Shown piece by piece: positions 53,211-64,000 of a DNA stretch of 64,000 nt (position 1 is the first letter of the stretch; each line of letters begins with the position of its first letter). The position numbers were made by a program, and so were the translations under genes. The notes below the pieces were generated by a model. The model did no database searches, had not been told where the DNA came from, and saw nothing but the letters and a program-made list of their open reading frames with translations. This DNA comes from Cetorhinus maximus. Taxonomy: Eukaryota. The stretch covers positions 1,736,001-1,800,000 of the forward strand of contig NC_135916.1 in NCBI RefSeq assembly GCF_964194155.1, written 5' to 3'.

Positions 53211-53875
53211 CCGTATGCTTGCTGCTTCAGAATAGACCCTGCCTTCTTGCATAAATGTAATCAAACAGAATCTAACTTTGATCCCTCAAAGATGCTATCC
53301 CTCCCCAGCATTATAAAAGTTGATTTGATCAATTCATTCCGTATTAGTCCTGGCGGTGTAGGAAGCCTCAGTTTCAATACTGGCAGATTTAAGCCAAAAA
53401 ATGTGCACTCCGCTCTTGACACTCACGAACATGTAAAAAACAAAAGTTTGGATTCTCGAATATTGGCGCCTTTATTGTCCTCTTGTCCACAGGCAAAACC
53501 AGAAACTGACAGTTTCGGGTAAACTAGACGAGGAAAAGAGAGCGAGAAACCTTCTAACATTCTGTAACAGAACTGCTTTAATGTTAAGCATTAGAACAAT
53601 TTGTAAAGGAATTTTCCTTTGTTTAGCTAAGACGATTTCTGTGCGATATTTCCTTGGATTAATTTTTTGGCGGTCATTTCAAATTTGAAATATATAATCG
53701 TTTGTTTAACTGATGATTTGGCGCCCTTAACTTTCGACTTCATACGTTGCTTGCCCGCATTGGTGAGTCAGGCAGAAATCTGATTGGTAACATGAAGAAT
53801 ATTATGAGCTATAATATAATTGACCAATCAGCTCTGAGCGCACCACCATTCCTCCTGAGGGTATAAGAGAACTGA

Positions 53876-54319
<444 letters not shown>

Positions 54320-54734
54320 AGCCACCATTCTTTAAACTGAGAACCCAAAGGCTCTTTTCAGAGCCACTCACTTAATCAGTGAAAGGGGCGACCTGTTGTC
54401 TATCCGGATGCGCGATAACATCCCTATCGATTCGGAATGACATTATATTTCTAATGCGATCTGTGAAAGCGCTGCTTACAACGAGATGCTGGTGCTGTTG
54501 CCTTTTCCAGACATGAGGAGTCTGTGCTGCATCTATAAATGACCAATTGCCAATGTTCAGGGAAACATTCATTGAATAATTAATTCATTTCATTTCTAAT
54601 TCAATGACGTGAAATAGCTAAAGAACTATAAATGGAATCACCCCATATCCCCAAATGCAGCAGAGGGAGAGACCGGATGAACAAAAGGACTTAAACAAAT
54701 TGTAGGCCCGAGTGTTTTAGGAGCTAGATTGTTT

Positions 54735-54780
54735 AACAAGAGATCGCAGCTCTTTCTCTGACCGACTCGGTGGCTCTTTG
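54735..54780 (-). pseudogene. Partial duplicate of the H3 3' end (HDE plus half stem-loop)
   Basis: AAGAGATCGCAGCTCTTTCTCTGACCGACTCGGTGGCTCTT matches 55115-55155 and then diverges. Confidence 0.7.
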
Positions 54781-55148
54781 GTGCATTTGGAGCTGAATCC
54801 GGGTTTTTGTGCTTGTGTGAACATCCCTATCGCTTCGTAATGACAACATTTCTGATATCTGTGAAAGGGTGGGTTAGAGTGAGACGCATCCTGCTAGCAC
54901 TGTTACATGTTGCGGACATCAGTAGTACGTGCTGCAACTATTTATATCCAGTCTCCAGAATTCGCGAAAAAGTTCCCATTTTATTAAAATAATTGCCTTT
55001 TAAATGATCTCAAATCATCCGAAACAGCCAGTAAAGGAAGCAAAGGACAGTTACCCGGTGACAAACTGAGGAAAATAAATTGTAGGCCTGAGAGGCTAAA
55101 GTGTCGGTTTGGTTAAGAGATCGCAGCTCTTTCTCTGACCGACTTGGT

Positions 55149-55164
55149 GGCTCTTAAAAGAGCC
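55149..55164 (-). terminator. Histone 3' stem-loop (H3)
   Basis: Minus strand GGCTCTTTTAAGAGCC, with HDE AGAAAGAGCT at 55125-55134. Confidence 0.95.
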
Positions 55165-55206
55165 TTTGTGGTTCTCGGTGTAAGTCTAGTGACGGGTATG
55201 GTCAGT

Positions 55207-55674
<468 letters not shown>

Positions 55675-55830
55675 CTATTTAAGACATGTCCGTCACCTCC
55701 CTCCTGTCCTGATTGGATGCAGCGCAATCCCGCCGAGAAATTTGAAAAGAGCAGCGGGCAGCATGGATTTCTGGGCCCTGATTGGTGGAGCAGCAACTGA
55801 CAGTTCATCAATTTCAAAAAGCCCGCCAAT
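55675..55830 (-). promoter_or_regulatory. H3 promoter (TATA-like, two CCAAT boxes, CDE/CHR-like)
   Basis: TTAAATA near 55680, CCAAT near 55712 and 55781, GGCGG-N4-TTTGAA at 55813-55827. Confidence 0.65.
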
Positions 55831-56489
55831 TTCAGCGGGACGAGTAACTGACATTAAAATAAACCTAGTTTGAAAGCAGGTAAAATCAATCTCAATGAAA
55901 ATTATAATAAGCTCTCAATCTTTTCGATCCCCATTTCGGTCCCTGCACCGACTTCCTGCTTTCGAACACGGATTCATTCCCTGATCGGCTTACAGCAGGC
56001 TGGAATAAAACTCCTATTAATGGCCGGAATTTTGGGTTTCACATATAAACCTGATCAACGGTATCGGTTTATTCATGTCAAATCGCTATAGATGTTATAG
56101 AGAGAATGGTGTGGGCCCTGTTTCCAGTGTTTTATGACTGGGGGAGGCGATTGTGGGTGAGGAGCTTGCGGACACTTTGTGTAAACCATCTTTATTTCTA
56201 ACTTTATATATTTGAAAGATCTACCACAATGTGCGTAAATGCATCTTCACAGTCCAGACCATGCACCAAAAGCGGAGATTCCACTTCACCCTTCCGTACG
56301 GTATAGGATGCAGATCCTTCGTGATCAACAGCATTTTATCCTTCAATCAATGAATCGGTAATATTCTGTGTCATGTTTGCTGCAACATCTGTTTTAAAAG
56401 TATTTCGCGTCAAGGGCCACTAAATATTTGCCGTACATTCCCGTTTATATCCGGATTCTTTCATTGATCGTCCTGAAACAGGCCAGTGG

Positions 56490-56700
56490 CCCTCCATCCA
56501 GCTCTACATGTCCCACCCCCTCAAACCAGCTTATCTTTCACTTCTTTTCTATTTTTCCTTAGTTCTGTTGAAGAGTCATGCGGACTCGAAACGTTAACTG
56601 TGTTCCTCTCAGCAGATGCTGTCAGACCTGCTGAGTTTTTCCAGGTATTTTTGTTTCTGTTTTGGATTTCCAGCATCCGCTGTTTTTTTGCTTTTATCAG
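56490..56700 (+). mobile_element. Penelope-like terminal repeat with a hammerhead-like motif (56561-56599)
   Basis: Similar to 61740-61895. Reads AGTT-CTGTTGA-A-GAGTC-atgcg-GACTC-GAAAC-GTT-AACT. Confidence 0.75.
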
Positions 56701-57159
56701 GATAAAGCTCTGCTCAGTGCTCCCTGGAACCAGGCAACATGCTGCATCGATACCGGCTGATCCATGTAAAGCTCATCTACTGGTACCTCCCAGGTCCTGT
56801 CATTCGTCAGAGACCTAGGAAGAGAAGCGGCTAAAAAAGACAGGGTAAAAACAGAGCGAAGAAGCGAGAATGATGTGTCTCAAAATAGTTGCTACTGATC
56901 AAAGTGCAATAAATGATGATTTTTTTTCTTGTGAACTCGGTGTTATTTTGGGAGCTGACGTATTCCTCAGCCAAGATTGGAATCTAGTCTCGGGAGGAAG
57001 AAATGAAGTAAATTCATGAAAACCGAACCAAATTAAACAGTGAAATTTGTGTGACTGATGATTGTATTCAGAAAGGAGAAGGAACTAATGGCAAAATACA
57101 AAAACCTCGCATTCCCTCTCCCTCTCCGAGGTCACTGCTCTCAATGTGAGGTTGTGGGC

Positions 57160-57175
57160 GGCTCTTAGAAGAGCC
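57160..57175 (-). terminator. Histone 3' stem-loop (H4)
   Basis: Minus strand GGCTCTTCTAAGAGCC. Confidence 0.95.
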
Positions 57176-57208
57176 TTCGGGTTTTGTTATAGAGTCGGGT
57201 CGATTTGT

Positions 57209-57529
<321 letters not shown>

Positions 57530-58426
57530 TCAGTCAAATCGCTGCTGAATGAGTGGGGAGCTGCTTCACGTTCCGCTTTTATACAGCCCGCCCCGACCTG
57601 ACTGAGGAAGGGAGAGAGAGATAGAGAGAGAGAGTGTGTGTGTGTGTGTGTGTGAGAGAGAGGCGGGGCGAGACAGCCTGAGTGACAGTCAGGGCAATGT
57701 CTCTTGTCAGACAGTCCCTCCTCCTGCCTGCCCGAAATACATTTAGTTATCAAATTCTGAAGAAAGCTGAACAGAAAACTTTAAGCGGAACTGAAATACA
57801 TCAACATCATAAACCAGCTATTTTGAAAATCGAATGTATTAAATCCAATCCTCTCAGTAATATTCCCCCCTCGATACTGCATTTCAATCAAGAGTCAAAT
57901 GTCTGCATCTATTTCAATCCCTCTCCTATTCTATACCAACACAACTCTAGACTCGCCCCCGACCCGTCCTCTCCACAATGAAATAAAGGGATTGAGAAAT
58001 TCCCTAACATCTCTTCCAACAGAATTAGAGAAACAACAGGTATGGGCCTTAGTTGTGAGACGGGACATTTGAGCGATGCTCACTCCATTGCAGACTCTCA
58101 CCCTGCAAATGTGAATAAAGAAAAGATAAACTTTGAATGCACTGGGACACATTCCGGATATGGGGCTGTAAGGATATCCCTGTGTCTTATTGCACAGTGC
58201 GGGAGGGGACGGGTGGACTGTGTGTCAGTGAGTGAGCGGGAAAATAGGATTTACGTGGGAGGAAAACGAAACATTTCCATCTGAAATCAGCTCCCAGCTC
58301 CGAGACAGGAATCAAATGATCAGGGGATCAGCTCATTCATGTGAAATGTGGGTGGCTCTGAAAAGAGCCTTTGGTTTCAGAGGTTTACAATTTGCTCGGG
58401 ATCTTTCCCTTCTTTTCTGTCTTTGC

Positions 58427-59083
58427 TTATCTCGTTTTGGGCTTGGCCCTCGCTATCGCCACTTTTTTGACGCCCGTCCCCTTCTTGACAGGAGACTTTT
58501 TCTTGGGGGCTGCTTTCTTCACCGGCTTTTTTGGAGTTACCGCCTTCTTGGCTGTTTTCTTGGCCGCTGCTTTCTTCGCTGGGGATTTCTTGGCCACTGC
58601 TTTCTTGACTGGAGATTTCTTGGCCGTTGCTTTCTTGACTGGAGTTTTCTTGGCCGCTGCTTTCTTTGCTGTCACCTTCTTGGCTGCCGCTTTCTTCACT
58701 GGAGATTTCTTGCCAGCTGCTACCTTCGCCTTCTTTCCCACTTTCCCCGGGGTTATGTTCTTAGGGACTTTGAAGGAGCCCGAGGCGCCCGTGCCCTTGA
58801 CCTGAACCAGGAAGCCATTCTTCACATTCCTCTTGATGCTTTGTTTGATCTGGGAGCCGAGTTTCTCCACATCCAGCCCTTTGCCGCGCAGCGCCTTCTT
58901 GATCGCGGGCAGCGACATCCCCTTGCGATCGCTGCAATCCGCCACAACCTTGAGGATCTGCTCGCCCAGCTTGGGACCGGCTGCACTGCTCCGGGGAGCC
59001 GCCTTCTTCTTCTTCTTGGGAATCTTGACCTGGGCGGCGGGAGCGGCTGGAGGAGCCGTTTCGGCGGCTGCAGTATCGGTCAT
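58427..59083 (-). CDS. H1: Linker histone H1
   Basis: 218-aa paralog of 32633-33289. Stem-loop at 58354-58369. Confidence 0.97.
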   Translation of the reverse strand: MTDTAAAETAPPAAPAAQVKIPKKKKKAAPRSSAAGPKLGEQILKVVADCSDRKGMSLPAIKKALRGKGLDVEKLGSQIKQSIKRNVKNGFLVQVKGTGASGSFKVPKNITPGKVGKKAKVAAGKKSPVKKAAAKKVTAKKAAAKKTPVKKATAKKSPVKKAVAKKSPAKKAAAKKTAKKAVTPKKPVKKAAPKKKSPVKKGTGVKKVAIARAKPKTR

Positions 59084-61116
59084 GTTCCGGGACTCTGCAC
59101 AAAAGTGTCTCTGTCAATGTGAACGGGCTCAGAAATGAAGCCGCTGGTGGCGGCACTGAGCAACTTAAAGGCAGCGAGCGGACGGGGCGGAGACAGGCTG
59201 CTGTCAGCTCCAGGCTGCTGCTGCCTCTCTGTGTTTTTCTCTCCTCACAAACTCCCCAATTCCATAGAAATTCCGGCTCTCCAGTGTCCCAAACTAAATC
59301 GTTCTTATCTCAAACACTGTAATGTTCGCTGCCAAAAAGATTTCACGCGAATTGAAGACTCGAATTTCGATTAAAACCTGATTTACTGCGGCTCCTTCAC
59401 CCGATCTCTGACATGACCTCTACTTTTAGACCGAACTCTAGATAACAACAAAGAAATTGTCTTGAAATCTCACTTTGGGGTTAAGCTGGGGAGCAGGGGT
59501 TGTCTTCCATTGGAAAATATTTTGATTTTACCCAAGCGGGGCTCGGGAATTTCCTGATCAGAACGGACACACAAACACAGTTTCATTCCTCTGATTCTCC
59601 CGCCCACTTCAAACTCTCTCTTACACAATCTTCACATTTAAAGGTTCATTAGTAACATGATTAACAATTGTGAATGTCTCGGTAGAGATTTCCATCTCTT
59701 TTCGATCTTTGCTCCGGTTTCTATTTATTTGCTGTCGAGTGTGAATTCGGCGAACATAAAACTCTCTGAGGCATTGGACCCGCAGAGAGTCTGATTTGCA
59801 GAATCTGGGGTAGAGCCAATTATATATGATTTCAGGTAATTGTCTGATTAGCTCACATCAAGATGTTTATTTCTGGTGACAATACAAATTATCTGCTCCC
59901 AGTCGCTCTAGATTTCCCTTTTAACGTTGCTCCTCCTGAACTGAGAATTCACAATTTCACCAATTGCATTTAACCCCAATCTCAACACCCAGAGAAGTCC
60001 AGTTATGTATGGAAGCATTTTCGCGCAAGTTCACGTTGCTGACAATCGCAGAGTTTTTCAGAGCACATTTCGATTTTTGACTGGAGATGATATGATGAAA
60101 TATCAGACCTGAATTTCTGAGAGAATAAACAGTGACAGTCCTACACATCACATGGGCGGATTGTTAGTGTCAGTTGACTTTGTCCTATCAATAACATTAG
60201 TAACATGCACATCAACAGAAGTAGAGGGTTTGGGGACAAAGAGCGGGGTCAAGAGTATTTGTGATTGCGTGTCTACGTGTGTGTGAGTGTGTGGGAGAGA
60301 GAGAGAGAGAGAACAATTAGCCTCCATTTCTCTACCGTGTGACAATATAACAATGAGTGACCATCATACCCATTATCGGGTGAAAAAAGACACACTGTCA
60401 CTATTTCAACAGAATATACACATATCACAATTCATAATTGTGTCTCAAACATCCGCTAGAACAAAAGGATAATATCGATCTCTTGATACAATTCAGGGAA
60501 TGTTCATGAGCAGCTTCCTGCGATTATCTTGTTGACTGGTGAGGAAATCTTGAACACGTTGGACTTATAATCATTGGAGCTTAGAAGATTAATAGGTTTC
60601 GTTATTGGAGCACCCAATATTCTGGAGCTGATTGATAAGACCGGCACTTATAAATCCCCCCAGCGGTGAGAGATGCCTGGTCTCATCTCTCACTAACATT
60701 GGACGAGAGGCAGAGACATTTCTGTCCCACAGTCCAGGAAAGTGACAGATGTTGAGGTAATAATAATGAAACGAAACATTCTATAAACTCTGGAACTCTC
60801 GGGAAAACTTCGACTAAAATTGTTGAATACGACAGTCAGTGACTGACATTTTCAATCTGATTATATTAACCTGAGACTTTTACGATCTGATATTAAGTTC
60901 TGAGCTATAACAGCAAACACACCTATTCGACATGAGGCTTAATTTGCGGAATCCTGGAATGAAAAGCAAAGACGCCCAGTTTGGATTTAATCCAGGGATG
61001 GCCCTCCCGCTCGTAACGTCTCTGCCCGTTCCCCACATTCCAATTCCTATGCTCAAGCCTGAGGAAATTGACATGGGGAAGGATCAGGTGACCTGGTTTG
61101 TTCTGACATTTCCCCT

Positions 61117-61895
61117 AACTTAGTCTACTGCATTCATTGCTCCAGATGCGGTCTCCTCTACATTGGAGAGACCAAACGCAAACTGGGTGAGCGCTTTGCA
61201 GAACATCTGCGGTCTGACCGCAAGCATGACCCAAACCTCCCTGTCGCTTGCCATTTTAACACTCCACCCTGCTCTCTTGCCCACATGTCTGTCCTTGGCT
61301 TGCTGCATTGTTCCAGTGAAGCCCAATGCAAACTGGAGGAACAGCACCTCATCTTCCGACTAGGCACTTTACAGCCTTCCGGGCTGAATATTGAATTCAA
61401 CAATTTTAGATCTTAAACTCCCCCTCCCCCCATCCCCACCCCGTTTCTCCCCCCTCCCTTTTTTTTTCCAATAATTTATATAGATTCTTCTTTTCCAACC
61501 TATTTCCATTATTTTTAAATCTAAGACTAAAACTTTGTTAGTCTTTCCACCCCACCCCCACTAGAGCTGTACCTTGAGTGTCATGTCTTCCATTCTTAAT
61601 TAGCACCTTTCTTAGACAATATCACCACGTTCAACACCTCTTTGATCCTTTTGTCTGTAACATCTTTTGATTATCTGCTCCTATCACTGCTTGCTTATCT
61701 CCACAATCAACACACATTCAACTTCTCTCTCCCCCCGCCCCCCCACCTTAAACCAGCTTATATTTCATCTTTCTCCTAACTATACTCAGTTCTGCCGAAG
61801 GGTCATGAAGACTCGAAACGTTGACTGATTTCTTCTCCACCAATGCTGCCAGACCTGCTGAGTTTATCCAGGTAATTCTGTTTTTGTTTTGGTTT
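61117..61895 (+). mobile_element. Penelope-like element 3' part: GIY-YIG endonuclease fragment (61117-61416) plus terminal repeat
   Basis: Open frame NLVYCIHCSRCGLLYIGETKRKLGERFAEH...PVACHFN...EQHLIFRLGTLQPSGLNIEF*. It has no start codon, so the ORF track misses it. Hammerhead-like motif at 61787-61827. Confidence 0.9.
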
Positions 61896-61904
61896 CTTCT
61901 GAGT

Positions 61905-62085
61905 TAGTTTCCAAAAGCACATGCGCATTGCAGCCCTGCGTTCTGGAATTTCTCGGTGACAAGACGAGCGCATGCGCGCTTCCCCTCCCCCCAACCACTA
62001 ACCTTGACGGCCTTTTACTCAGTGAGCGGGAGACCTTTGTTTCAAACAGATAGAAATGGAAATATTAGGGTCCGGGTAAGCGAGT
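61905..62085 (+). promoter_or_regulatory. Module promoter and first-exon region, copy 3
   Basis: NRF1-like motifs at 61917-61927 and 61968-61977. Donor GG|GTAAGC at 62076. Confidence 0.6.
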
Positions 62086-63081
62086 AAACAGCGTTCTGAT
62101 TCCAGCAGGGCACCGATTTGTCAGTGTGGACACAGAAATCAACATTGACTCGGGGTAAGTTCAGGGAGAACCGGGGGCTGTTTGTAAGAGGCGGAGCGGA
62201 GCGGGAACGTGTTCCGGAACTTGGAGTGAGCGGGTGGACGGGGAGAGGCCTTTCTGGGGCTGTGTGGCCCTGCTGAGAGAGACAGAACCTGAGGAAGCTG
62301 CAATTGAAAACTATTATTTTCTTTTTCTCTCCTCAAACCTGTAATGCATATTCCAAGTTTAGCTTCTGATTCACACAACTTGTTGGCTTTTGGACAGTGA
62401 ATAGTGGAAAGAGACGGAGAGTAAGGAGTGGAGCAGTAATGTTAACGACACGTGTTGCAGGCACCAGCTGTTCAGCTGAGGCGTCTCAAAGAAACATTGT
62501 CCCTTCCACAGTTAGATTGAGTTGGCGGTTCTTACAAAGGGAGCTGGAAATTAAAATCTGTCCTGAAATTAAAATCTCTGGGCCCCGGTAGTGACACCCT
62601 TGGAGCCGTACAGATGTGGGTTGTTTCTGAATGTCTCTCAATAGTTAGAAGTGGAATTAAACACTGTAGTTTTTTCGTTGTCCGCCATAATATGTACAGT
62701 ATTTTTGAAATTGATTATCAGTTGAAATATTACATTGATCTATTGCCTTTTACTGACCTCAGCTGATTTTGAGTTACTGGAGGTATCTTTCTTCCTCTCT
62801 GGCAGGTTAATGAAGGGATCAGTTTCAAGCTCAAGTTTCACCAGCCAACATAGAGGTGCAGCTATCTCCTTCTAACTGGCAGCAGGTACGATCCTGGTCC
62901 AAGAGTGCACAGATACAGACAGAACATCACTGTGACCATCAGCCAGAGCAGAAATAGTCAGACTCGAATTGAACTCAAACCCTGATACACATGATCAATC
63001 CAGTAGGCTAACACACAGGGGAGACTGAATTATAACCCCCACAAAACACTACTACACGGTACTGCTGAATGGTAGGCCCAC

Positions 63082-63575
63082 TGTAAGAGGTAAGCAGCGA
63101 TTTCTATGTTTTTAGCCAAACCAAAGGTCAGCAAAATTCTCGAGTGAAACCTTGTACACCATAAGGGCCGGTATCAGCAGCTCTCTCCAGGATGACCTTA
63201 AGGATAAAAAGGGATTAACTGGTTAGGAGATAGAAAGTGGACGAAGATAAACACATAAGGGTAATGACAAACAGTACCCAGGATAGAGCCAGGCTAGAAC
63301 GAGATGAAGAGGCCCTGCTTGCGAAAGCAAATGTATGTTCCTCGGACTGGTGACATCTGCTTGTCATTTGATTATGTACTGCCAAGACTGGAATTAGAAT
63401 AGTGTAATGTGTACATGAACGGTTTAGTGTTTAAAAAAGATTGTTATCCTGTAATCGGTAGAGTTCTGTTTATAGACAGCCAAAGGGAGCAGACCCTTCC
63501 TGTTGTTCCCTTTAATAAACAATTCTTAACCTTTATCTGTGTCACTGTGGTCGATTATTAGAAGAAACCACAACA
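63082..63575 (+). mobile_element. Solo LTR with 4-bp TSD
   Basis: TGT...ACA termini, CCAC duplicated at 63078-63081 and 63576-63579, AATAAA at 63514-63519. Empty paralogous sites GGTCCACCAATTTCAGTCC near 16645 and 36380. Confidence 0.85.
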
Positions 63576-64000
63576 CCACCAATTTCAGTCCCAAATCACA
63601 ACCATTATCAGATTGAAGGTCAGTCCATTCATGTCACAAGAGTAGAAGATTAGCAGCAACTTAAATATCAGGCAATTAATGTTTACAATATTATTCATGA
63701 ATACATGCAAAGTTCTCTCAAAGCAACGAGTTAAATTCCATTCCAAAATCTAATTCAATATCAGAAATAAAGATAGAGTATATTTTTGTTAATGGAGGCG
63801 TGCATAGACATGCCAGAGGAATATTGTCATAAATACTCACTTCGACATATCACTACAAACAAAAAATGGTTAAAACTTAACTCACAAAGCAGATATTGAC
63901 AAGTACAGAGAATAACATAAAACCACTCTCGGAGGAGAATCTGCCAAAACAGAACTAGCCCGGATTCCCATAACAGAGACAAACAATTACATTGTAAAAC

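Overview
Vertebrate genomic DNA, most likely a cartilaginous fish (shark). This is inferred from Deu-domain SacSINE1-like SINEs, CR1/HER1-type LINE tails, Penelope-like remnants and a divergent H1. The window is a decaying tandem array of a ~20-26 kb unit. Each unit combines a replication-dependent histone cluster (H4-, H2A+, H3-, H4-, H1-; no H2B) with a module made of a CpG-rich NRF1-type promoter, candidate spliced exons, a decayed 41-bp minisatellite and LINE/SINE debris. There are eight intact histone ORFs (3 H4, 2 H2A, 1 H3.2, 2 H1), all with stem-loops. The first cluster shows deletions. One removed H3 and left an orphan stem-loop. Another cut H4 exactly at its internal Met84 codon, leaving a 19-codon ORF identical to the osteogenic-growth-peptide precursor, with an intact 3' processing signal, head-to-head with the H2A promoter. 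Other notable features are a circularly permuted H4-containing segment flanked by a 7-bp direct repeat, Penelope-derived hammerhead-like motifs (one in a ~200-bp palindrome with a 15-bp TSD), a GIY-YIG fragment and a solo LTR. Repeat boundaries are approximate and were read by eye.
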